From an uncultured bacterium (lineage in GTDB: Bacteria > Margulisbacteria > WOR-1 > CAVSGV01), in NCBI GenBank assembly GCA_963699255.1, contig OY969425.1, positions 570,001 through 602,000 of the forward strand: a stretch of 32,000 nt of DNA, read 5' to 3'. The stretch's first letter is position 1. Each line of letters begins with the position of its first letter. Positions 7,301-16,100 of the stretch are shown here, in pieces. Below the pieces are notes generated by a model. It ran no database searches. It worked only from the letters and a program-made list of their open reading frames with translations, and was not told where the DNA came from. The translations under genes were made by a program, and so were the position numbers.

Positions 7301-9859
7301 AGTAGAAGACGAGTCGTCATATATCCCGCCGCCGTAGCCGTCGCCACCGCCGTAGCTCGCACTGTTTGAATTGAACGAGCAGTTCGCGATCTCTAGCATA
7401 GAATAATCACTGTAAATACCGCCGCCGCCCCATTCCGCGCTGTTCGACTCAAAGGAACTGTTGAAGATGCCCATGGTGGAATAAGAGTCACTGTAGATCG
7501 CGCCGCCGCCGCCATCGTCATTGCCGTCGCTTGCGGCGTTCGAATTGAACGCGCAGTTCGATATCTCTAATGTGGAGCCGTCGCTATAGATCCCGGCCCC
7601 TCCGTAATCCGCGCTGTTCGAGGTGAACCCGCAGTTGGATAGAATAGAATATGAGCCGTAATCGCTGTATATCCCGGCTCCGTAGCCGGAAACTATCGTA
7701 TTTGCAATAAAATTACAGTTCGTGATCTCAGGCGCGGAATATGTCAGATAAATCCCGCCGCCGCCGTAATACATGTCTGCCGTATTTGAAACAAAATCGC
7801 AGTTGCTGATGGTCGGCGAAGAAGTGTCAAGGTATATACCGCCGCCATTATAATAGCCGGAGATGCTACCGTTGCTGTAGCCGTTTCTTATGGTGAAATT
7901 CTCAATGGTGGCGGCGGAGCCAAGCTCGTATCCATGCATGCACTGCACCTGGCCCTCTCCGGATATTATGGTAAGCGAGGGATTGTTAATTTGCGTCCAA
8001 CCATCATCATAGCCGCCCCTCAAATATATGCCGTCATTGAGAGTGATAGTGCCCGGCCCGGGACCGCCCTGGTATAGATTGTAAGTCCCCCGCCTCACAT
8101 GTATCTCATCACCGTAGACCGCGACCCCGACCGACTCAGCTGAATTGATCGTCTTGAACGGAGAGTACATCGTCCCGCTGCCACCCTCAGGCGAGGCGGC
8201 GTCCACATACCAGTAGCCTGCAACGCGTGAAATGCTGAATAGTCCATCGCTTTCACCATACCCGAGGTTATAAGAAGTGTCTGCTACTGATACTTTTATC
8301 TTGCCCTGAGTGGTTGTGATATTGGGGACCGTCCAGGCATAGCTTGTAAGACCGGCGTCACAGGTGCCGATCACATTATAGGATGCACCCCCGTCTGTTG
8401 AGAAAGATATGACCTCCGGAGTGACAATACCCACATCATCGGAAGCTTCCCAGGTGATATAGTAGATGGAATTCCCGGTCAGGATTTCGCCGCCTTCGGG
8501 CGAAATGACCTGAACCGTGGGAGGCGTTGTGTCGGTAAGAAGGTTCGCGGAAACCGAGTATCCGGAATAATGGTACCCCATGTCCACCAGCCCATCGTCG
8601 CCGTGAATGCCGTCCGGATTGGTCCCGTAAAAACGGGTGTAGTCAAGTCCCAGGCTTGCCGCGCTGGCAGAGCCCTTGTTAACACAAGGCGAGTTGTTGT
8701 ACAGGTGAACGTCCCCCAGATCAGGCCTGAAGAACAGGGGATCAGCATCGATATTTCCGTCCCCGCCAAATCCGCCCTGGACGCAGGAGTAAGTTATAGT
8801 TATATATGGGGAGCCGTTCGTGATGCCCCCCGCGGAATTCCCGTAAATGATAGAATTAATAATGGTCGATGCGCCAGTGATGTCATAGATCACGCCACCA
8901 AAGCCATAAAGTGCGTTGTTCCTGGTGAACGTGCTGGCCCTGATGGCTGCGCCGCCATTGCTACTGGCTATCGCGCTGCCGCCATAAGCGGAGCTATTTG
9001 AAACAAAAGCGCAATTAAAGATGCCCGGAGAGGCGTAGTAGTTCCATATCGCGCCGCCGTAACCGGCATTTGCTTCATTTGAAACAAAGATGCAGTTTGA
9101 AATGCCCGAGTTTGAATCGTCACTGTTAATTATCGCGCCGCCATTGGAAGGAGAGATATTTGAAGTAAATATACAATTTGAAATAGTTGGAAAGGACGTC
9201 TCGTTGGCGATCCCGCCGCCGGAATTCGAGGTAAAATTGCAATTTGAAATTTTCGCGTTGCAATTGTTTTCGTTATATATCCCGGCGCCGGCGCCGTATC
9301 CCGCGCTATTTGAAGTAAAATTGCAGTATAAGATATGTGGAATTATGGCGCCTGCGCTGGATGAGTCATATATCCCGCCGCCGGCTTCAGCGGTATCCGC
9401 AATAAAGTCGCAGTGTGAGATGGTCGGGGAAGAATTGTAGAGATAAATCCCGCCGCCGTCGCCGGCAGAATAACCTTTCATTATTGTGAAATATTCAATG
9501 GTCGCAGCCGAAGTAAGCGCGGTCCCATACACGCACTGTATGCTGCCGCCTCCATCGATCGTGGATACCCCGGTCTGAGACCAGCCGTCGTCATAGCCTC
9601 CTCTTAAATATACGCCGTCCGTGAGAGTTATGGTGCCTGTGCCCGGAGCGGTGAGAGAATAGACCCCCTGCCTAACCCGTATCTCATCACCGTAGACCGC
9701 GACCCCGGCCGACTCGGCTGAATTGATCGTCTTGAACGGAGAGTACATCGTCCCGCTGCCGCCCTCGGGAGAGGCCGCGTCCACATACCAGAACGGCACG
9801 CGTGTTATACTGAACGTTCCGTCACTTTCACCGTACCCCATGTTGTAAGAAGTGTCCAC
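3842..9859 (-). CDS. Giant surface protein, fragment 2 (modules M8-M10 and the first two coils of M11)
   Basis: The ORF-track start (GTG at 9859) is arbitrary. This frame stays homologous upstream to about 9898 (APNISTTEARIKVAAVDTSYNMGYGESDG..), completing the Ig-like spacer begun in fragment 1. It has no signal peptide or RBS of its own. It ends ..YDYSAPENLKL* where the paralog reads ..SDYSAPEISNCNF. Confidence 0.8.
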   Translation of the reverse strand: MDTSYNMGYGESDGTFSITRVPFWYVDAASPEGGSGTMYSPFKTINSAESAGVAVYGDEIRVRQGVYSLTAPGTGTITLTDGVYLRGGYDDGWSQTGVSTIDGGGSIQCVYGTALTSAATIEYFTIMKGYSAGDGGGIYLYNSSPTISHCDFIADTAEAGGGIYDSSSAGAIIPHILYCNFTSNSAGYGAGAGIYNENNCNAKISNCNFTSNSGGGIANETSFPTISNCIFTSNISPSNGGAIINSDDSNSGISNCIFVSNEANAGYGGAIWNYYASPGIFNCAFVSNSSAYGGSAIASSNGGAAIRASTFTRNNALYGFGGVIYDITGASTIINSIIYGNSAGGITNGSPYITITYSCVQGGFGGDGNIDADPLFFRPDLGDVHLYNNSPCVNKGSASAASLGLDYTRFYGTNPDGIHGDDGLVDMGYHYSGYSVSANLLTDTTPPTVQVISPEGGEILTGNSIYYITWEASDDVGIVTPEVISFSTDGGASYNVIGTCDAGLTSYAWTVPNITTTQGKIKVSVADTSYNLGYGESDGLFSISRVAGYWYVDAASPEGGSGTMYSPFKTINSAESVGVAVYGDEIHVRRGTYNLYQGGPGPGTITLNDGIYLRGGYDDGWTQINNPSLTIISGEGQVQCMHGYELGSAATIENFTIRNGYSNGSISGYYNGGGIYLDTSSPTISNCDFVSNTADMYYGGGGIYLTYSAPEITNCNFIANTIVSGYGAGIYSDYGSYSILSNCGFTSNSADYGGAGIYSDGSTLEISNCAFNSNAASDGNDDGGGGAIYSDSYSTMGIFNSSFESNSAEWGGGGIYSDYSMLEIANCSFNSNSASYGGGDGYGGGIYDDSSSTLTVSNCTFKSNSAYLSGGGIYTAPTATLEITDSTFTLNNSLYGDGGCIYNDDSSNPTISRCMFASNTVEVGAGIVNYSAFSTISHCTFESNNGGCIINLGGSYFISTISNCDFTLNKYSGRGGCICNNFYDYTSMAIIEDCTFTSNEASGGGGGIYSDYGFSTISNCFFTLNSTPLHGGGIYNGYYSFSTISNCAFALNSASSSGGGIFNINSTTTIENCTFTLNSAPDNKGGGIYNDTTSPTIFNSIIYGNTGGSIFDNGGSSTVNNSCVQDGWSGSGADNISTDPLFATGPYGDLYLLPTSDCVDAGLGSAFSHRLAWQQGYGTNPNGQNGDSGKVDMGYHYSGFWQKTDSSTHIWYVDAASPEGNSGMTPESPFMDINSAEAAASFDDEIHVKHGTYNLYQDGNGPLTIILYDGIQLKGGYDDGWEQTLGPSSTIISGEGNVECMSGYLLSFAAVIDDFTIKNGYSAGDYGGGIYLDDSSPAISNCIFDSNNSDYGGGAVYNYSDNGSSPTFLNCSFISNSVNSGYGGGIYDETAYLTLSNCTFESNSAYNGGGGIYNDVSTQEITNCLFISNSANNGDYGGGIYNDENTNSIISGCSFTLNTAEAGGGIYEGYYTFSSISGCAFVSNGAESSSGDGGGLYDGYFSTLTLESCAFTSNSAFGGGGLYSYYDFLNLSNCTFTSNEANGYFGGGMYDDVYSTATIFNCAFTSNLANAATGGGMYISTYNSYPTIANSTFTLNSANSGYGGGGGIYTSSSYPTIINSIISGNIGGNILDSGGSSTVTYSCVPDGYVGMTGNITADPKLIAPSAGDVHIASNSPCVNAGSATAASLGLDYLHHYGTNPNLAYGDSGQLNMGYHYYGYTGSEDAITDITAPTVVVISPEGGEVLTGGFSYDITWEAADNIGGSGLTVNPISISYSLDGGASYPYSIATGIDNSGRYTWTVPNISTTEAMIKVTALDNSGNSGDGESAGVFSISRVMGIWHVDWASPEAGADGSAEHPFKTINAAESNMNMIYGDEIHVKKGTYNLYSGDGGPGTGPQMIYLTDGISLKGGYDDGWNQVNDPTITIISGEGNVPCMYGSGLTSAAIIDNFTIEDGYAYGNYGGGLYLDAASPTISHCDFNSNRSDYAGGGGIFIYDYSAPENLKL
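4352..4702 (-). other. TWEASD Ig-like spacer 8
   Basis: DITAPTVVVISPEGGEVLTGGFSYDITWEAADNIGGSGLTVNPISISYSLDGG..RYTWTVPNISTTEAMIKVTALDNSGNSGDGESAGVFSI. Confidence 0.6.
4703..6240 (-). other. Beta-helix module M10 (11 coils)
   Basis: N-cap WYVDAASPEGNSGMTPESPFMDINSAE..DDEIHVKHG; 11 coils; C-cap ..ADPKLIAPSAGDVHIASNSPCVNAG..LNMGYHYYGY. Confidence 0.8.
6260..8221 (-). other. Beta-helix module M9 (16 coils)
   Basis: The N-cap WYVDAASPEGGSGTMYSPFKTINSAE..GDEIHVRRG is nearly identical to that of M8. 16 coils; C-cap ..TDPLFATGPYGDLYLLPTSDCVDAG..VDMGYHYSGF. A short linker (WQKTDSSTH) leads to M10, with no Ig spacer. Confidence 0.8.
8222..8557 (-). other. TWEASD Ig-like spacer 7
   Basis: DTTPPTVQVISPEGGEILTGNSIYYITWEASDDVGIVTPEVISFSTDGG..YAWTVPNITTTQGKIKVSVADTSYNLGYGESDGLFSI. 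Confidence 0.6.
8558..9799 (-). other. Beta-helix module M8 (8 coils)
   Basis: N-cap WYVDAASPEGGSGTMYSPFKTINSAE..GDEIRVRQG; 8 coils; C-cap ..ADPLFFRPDLGDVHLYNNSPCVNKG..VDMGYHYSGY. Confidence 0.8.
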
Positions 9860-10134
9860 CGCGGCTACCTTTATCCTGGCTTCGGTCGTTGAAATGTTGG
9901 GGGCGCCCAGGAATATCTTCCGCTGTTAGTTATACCGGCTACTATCAAATTATAGGTAGTTCCCCCGTCAATTGAATAATATATGCTGATGGGATTATCA
10001 ATAAGCTCCTGATCATCGGAAGCTTCCCAGGTAATGTCGTATAGCGTCCCGCCGGTCCAGACATCCCCGTTCGCGGGAGAATAGACCTCAACAATGGGAA
10101 GCGTGGTGTCGGTAATAAGGTTTGCGGAAACTGA
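9800..10134 (-). other. TWEASD Ig-like spacer 6, split by the fragment 1/2 frameshift
   Basis: DTTLPIVEVYSPANGDVWTGGTLYDITWEASDDQELIDNPISIYYSIDGG..GRYSW | (frame change at 9899-9903) | PNISTTEARIKVAAVDTSYNMGYGESDGTFSI. Confidence 0.65.
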
Positions 10135-13100
10135 GTATCCGGAATAATGGTACCCCATGTCCACCAGCCCGTCGTCGCCGTGAACGCCGTCCGGATTTGT
10201 CCCGTAATGCTCATTGTAGCTGAGTCCCCAATCCTCCGCCTGCCCTTCGCCGCTGTTGACGCACGGCGAGTTGTTGTAAAGGTGAACATCGCCGAGTTCG
10301 GGATGCGCGAAAAATGGATCCGCGCTGATATTGCCTGTCCCGTCAAAACCTGTTCCTACAGTATCGCCGGCCTGAACGCAGGAGCAGGTCACATTTACAG
10401 CTGAAGGTGCTGAGTAATTCGTGAGGTTCTGCCCGGAATTCCAGTAAATAATAGAATTGAAAATGGTCATAGAGCTGCCGTAGTTAAATAGTCCGCCGCC
10501 TACGTTGCCATCCGAGCGATTCAATGTAACGGTACAGTTCAGGAAGGTCGGGGAAAAAGAGGTTCCTTCGCTATATACGCCGCCGGCAATATTAGCGCCA
10601 TTTGAGATCAAGGCGCAGTTTTCGAAGGTCGGGGAAGCGTTGTTGATAACTATCCCGCCGCCGTAATACGCGTAATTTGAATTAAAGGTGCAGTTTGAAA
10701 TGTTCAAATGAGTATAAGAATCATTGAGATCAAGCCCGCCGCCTTCGATGTTCGCGCTGTTTAAAGTAAAGTCACAGCTTTCTATAGATGCGTCAGAATA
10801 TGCGCAATATACACCGCCGCCTTTGTTATACGCGCTGTTCGACTTAAATGAACAGTTTGAAACTGTCATGGAAGAGAAGACGTCGCAATAGAGCCCGCCG
10901 CCGCTATCATAAATCGCGCTGTTCGACTCAAAGGTGCAGTTTGAAATACCCGAGTTTGCATAGTCATAATTAGCTACTCCGCCGCCATCGCCTCCCTCGG
11001 CGGTATTTGAGGTAAAAGTGCAGCTATCGATGGTCGCGGTAGAGATGTTAAATATCCCGCCGCCGTAATACGCGGTATTTGATGTGAAAGCGCAGCTTTC
11101 GATACTTGCTGATAAGAAGTTATATATACCGCCGCCCTCAGCCGCGTTATTTGACGTGAAAGCGCAGTTTGAAATAGTTAAGACGGAGGAGGAATCGTTA
11201 AATATGCCGCCGCCATTACCGCTATTCGAGATATTTGAATCAAAGTTACAGTTTGATATCTCCGGCGCGGAGTAGTCGGAGATAAAGATCCCGCCGCCGC
11301 CATAATCCGCGTTATTTGAAGTAAAGTCGCAGTTTGAGATGGTTAGGGAGGAACTATCCAGATAAAGCCCGCTGCCATAGCCATAACCGGAACCATTGCT
11401 TGCACTGCTATAACCATCCTCTATGGTGAAGTTATCAATAATGGCAGCAGAGGTAAGCCCGGATCCATACAGGCACGGGACATTTCCTTCTCCGGATATT
11501 ATGGTAAGCGCGGGATCGTTAACCTGATTCCATCCGTCATCATAGCCGCCCCTCAAATATATGCCGTCATAAAGAGTGATGGTTTGAGGTCCCGTCCCCG
11601 GACCGCCGTCGCCGCTGTACAGATAATATGTCCCCTTCTTAACGTGTATCTCATCGCCGTAGCCCGCAATCGACTCAGCCGAATTAATGTCCTTGAATGG
11701 AGATCCCGGCGTCATTCCGCTGTTCCCCTCGGGGGAGGCCGCATCCACATACCAGATGCGGGCCGTAGGGGCGCCCGCTCCTATGCTGAACACTCCGCTT
11801 TCACCTGTCCCCAGGTTATAAGCGGGATAATCTGCCACGGCCACCTTTATCCTGGCATGAGCCGTGTTAATATTGGGGACCGTCCAGGAATGACTTGTAT
11901 GATTGACGTTGGCATCGGCCGCGATCAAATTATATGTGGCTCCCTCATCTGTCGAATATGAGATCATGATGGGACCGATAAGATTCGCGGGATCCTCCTT
12001 CACTTCCCAGGTGATATTGTAGCTGGCGCCTCCGGTCAATGTATCGCCTGGTGCCGGAGAAATAACTTCAATAGTAGGAGGCATGATGTCATTTATGTCC
12101 GTTTCAGGCCCTGTGTATCCGGAATAATGGTAGCCCATGTTCACCTTTAATGCGTCGCCATATTGCGCCAGAGGATGAGTCCCGTAACCCTCCTCCGATC
12201 CCAGACCAAGGTCAAAGGCGTTTCCGATCCCGGTATTTATGCAGGGCGAATTATTGTACAGGTGCACATTATTAGTCCCGTACACGAACAGCGGCTCCGC
12301 GCTGATATTGCCCTCCCCTTCCCATCCGCCCTGAATGCAGGAATAAGTTACAGTTGAAGAAGAGGCGCTCTCATCGATGATGCTTGCCCCTAAATTCCCA
12401 TAGATGATAGAGTTGGAAATGACCGGATGACAATTGGAACTATTATCAATCCCGGCGCCGTGGTCGCTTGCGCTATTTAGAGTAAAGGTGCAGTCTGAAA
12501 TGATCGGGTTGGATTGGAAGTTATTCCATATCCCGCCGCCCATCGATGCGCTATTTAAAGCAAAGGCGCAGTTTGAAATAGTCGGGGAGGAGAGGTTGTT
12601 CTCTATCCCTCCGCCGCTGCCAGGCGAACTATTTGAAATAAAGACGCAGTTTGAAATGGTCGGGTTGGAGGCATTGTTAAATATCCCGTCGCCGCTGTTT
12701 GAAGTAAAGGAACAGTTTGAGATGATCAGGGAGGCGTCAACATCGGAGTTAAATATGCCGCCACCGCCGCCGCTATTTGAAGCAAAAGAACAGTTTGAGA
12801 TGATCGAAGAGCCCCCGGCGTTATAGATGCCACCGCCATCGCCGCCGCCGGCTTCATTTGAAACAAAATCACAGTATAAGATGGTCGGGGAGGAATCAGT
12901 AAGATATATCCCGCCGCCGCCGTTGCCTTCTGCGGAATTTAAAGTAAAGAAACAGTTTGAAATGGTCGGGGAGGAATTTTCGAGATAAAGCCCGCCGCCG
13001 GCGTCAGAATTATAACCCTTCTTTATGGTGAAGTATTCAATGGTAGTGGCGGAGCTAAGATTGAGTCCATACACGCACTGGACGCTGCCCTCTCCGGATA

Positions 13101-16100
13101 TTATTGTAGTTGAAGGGCCTAAGGTCTGCGCCCAGCCGTTATCATAACCGCCCCTCAAATATACGCCGTCCTCAAGAGTGATGGTGCCTGTGTTTGGAGC
13201 GGTCAGGGAATACACCCCATGCTTCACATGTATCTCATCGCTGATAACAGCGACCAATTCGGCTTCGTTTATCGTCTTGAACGGAGATTCCGGCGTCATT
13301 CCGCTGTTCCCCTCGGGAGAAGCCGAGTCCACGTACCAGGTAAGGGTGGTGGTATCCGGTTGCTGATATCCGTAGTAATGGTAGCCCATGTCCACGATCC
13401 CCGTATCGCCGCGAATGCCATCCGGGTTGGTCCCATAATGCTGCTCCCATCCCAGCCCAAGGTCAGAGGCCTGCCCGGTCCCGGTACTTATACAGGGCGA
13501 GTTATTATGGCGGGAAAGGTGCACATCGCCCGCCGGCCCGTTCACGAACTGCGGATCATCAGAAATATTGCCTACTCCCACAAAATAGAAATCAATGCAG
13601 GAGTAGGTTACAGTTGAATGAGAGTTTGAAGTATCCAGGAAGCTTCCTCCGGAATTCCCGTAAATGATAGAGTTGGAAATTATTGGGGCGGAGTCATTGT
13701 TACAAATCCCGCCAGCCGCCCCTGCGCCGTAAGGCGCACTATTTGAAGTAATGGTGCAGTTTGAGATGATCGGGGAGGAGGAGATGTTCAATATCCCGCC
13801 GCCCGTGGTTTCCGCGCTGTTTAAAGTAAAGACGCAGTTTGAGATGATCGGGGATGACGAGCTGATATCTATCCCGCCGCCGTAAGGCGCGTGATTTGAA
13901 GTGAAGGCGCAGTTTTCGATGGTTGCTGCAGAGGAGTCTTGGTGCAGTATCCCGCCGCCGCTGGCATCCGCGCTGTTCGATGTAAAGGTGCAGTTATTGA
14001 TGATGGAGAAGCTGTTATCATCAAATATACCGCCGCCGGAATATGCATTGTTTGACTCAAAGGTGCAGTTTGAAATGACCGGGTAGGTGCCCGACGATTG
14101 GTATATCCCGCCGCCGTTACCCTTGCTGACACCGGTTAAAGTAGTGTTTAAAATAAAGTTGCAGTTCAAAATGACCGGGGATCTTTCACTGAATATCCCG
14201 GCGCCGGTGGGCGCTTCATTTGAAGTAAAGGTACAATTTGAAATAGTCGGGGAGGAGGAATAGTCGTTTTCTATAGCGCCGCCGTTGCCAACTCCACAGT
14301 TTGAAGTAAAGGCGCAATTAATGATCGTTGGAGAAGAATTAGTGAGATAAAACCCGCCGCCATAGGTAGATCTGCCATTTTGTATGGTGAAACCCTCAAT
14401 GGTGGTGGCGGAGCTAAGCCCGGATCCGTAAAGGCACTGGACCGCGGCATCTCCGGATATTACAGTGAGCGAGGGATCGTCAGCCGGGGTCCAATCATAG
14501 TTACATGCCATTAAAAAGGTGCCGCTTTCCAGGGAAATTGTGCCCGTGCCCGGAGTAGAGAGGGAATATACCCCGCGCATCACATGTATCTCTTCAGTGC
14601 CTGTCATGACAGCCGCCTCGGCGCTGTTGATCGTCTTGAACGGATCGTCAATAGTGCCGATCCCCGGACCCGGACCGGGAGCATTGGCATTTACATAGAA
14701 TGTCAGCGGGCCGGGCGGCCCGGAAAGCGTTTCAAATGAAACCGGACGGCTGTACGCGCTGCTGCCGGCTTCATTGGTGGCCAGGACCTTCCAGTAGTAT
14801 TTGGTGTTCGGAGAAAGGACCGGCCAGGTATATGAAGCCTCGTAAGTGATCCTTGTTCCCATATTGGAAGCTGACGGATCTATCCCATAGCTGACAATAT
14901 AATATGTAGGCAGACCGACCGGGACCTCCCATGTGCCGTTGGCGGTAGTTTCGGCGATGCCGTTGGTGAACAGGCCTTCGGGAGTTAAAGGCTTGGAAAG
15001 GATGGTGAACGCATTGCTTAAGCCGGTCCCGCTGTTGTATGAGTGATCCAGCGCGACTATCTTTATTTCAGCCCAGGTTGAGGCAATGAACGGAACTGTC
15101 CAGGTATAGTGTGTAGTGGAAATATCGACCGTATCTATCTTATACGTGTCCACATCAGTCTCTCCTGTCGCGTAATAGATAGTGATGGGATAAATAAGCC
15201 CGTTTTCATCGGCCGCTGTCCAGCTGATATCGTGGGTGCTTCCAACGATCCAGCGTTCGCCGCCTGCGGGAGAATAAACAGTAACAGCAGGCGGCGTGAT
15301 ATCGGATATATCGTCTTCTGGAAGCACATACCCCGCAGAATAATAATGATATCCAATGTTCACATTTGAGGAATCGCCGTGAACGCCATCCGGGTTCGTC
15401 CCATATCCGTTGGTCAAGTTGTAGGTGAGCGCATAAGCATCGGGGGTCCCGGCGTTAATGCAGGGAGAGTTGCTGGCAATGTGCACATCGCCCGTTAATG
15501 GGTCCACAAGATATGGATTACCGTTTATATTCCCTACTCCCGGATAAAGCGGGTCCGTTCCGATGTCGCAGTAGGTGGCGCTCAAAGAAGAATCGGCTGG
15601 ATCATTGAATATGTCCCCTCCATAACACCCATAAACTATGGAGTTCACAATAGTCGAATGGGAACCCTGAACGTTCCATATCGCGCCGCCGACACGAGGA
15701 GCGCTATCCGCGGCAAAGGTGCAACCATAGATGTGCGGAGATGAATGGTTATTATAGATCGCGCCGCCCCCGTAAAAATGCGCGCTGTTCGTGGTAAAGA
15801 TGCAGTTCACGATATCCAGGGAGGAGTAAGCGTTACATATCGCCCCGCCGCCCCCGATGTCTACGCCGCCCGCGCTGTTTGAAGTAAAGATGCAGTTAGC
15901 AATGAGTATGCCGCTGCTGTTCGCGTTAAAGATCGCGCCGCCGTAATCATCTACATTATTTGAAGTGAACGTGCAGTCCAGGATCTTCGCGGCGGAGTCA
16001 TCGCCAAAGAGCGCGCCGCCGTCGCTATCCGCGCTGTTCGAAGTGAAGATACAATCTGAGATGATCGGGGCGCCGCCCGAATAATATATGCCGCCGCCAT

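Noticed and set aside
9895-9909. Programmed -1 ribosomal frameshift at the C-run.
   Set aside because: GCG CCC CCA is not a canonical X XXY YYZ slippery heptamer, and I see no obvious downstream stimulatory structure. The other three breaks are non-homopolymer insertions that would need +1 events. Mutation or sequencing error is therefore more parsimonious. It is kept as a testable alternative in the findings.
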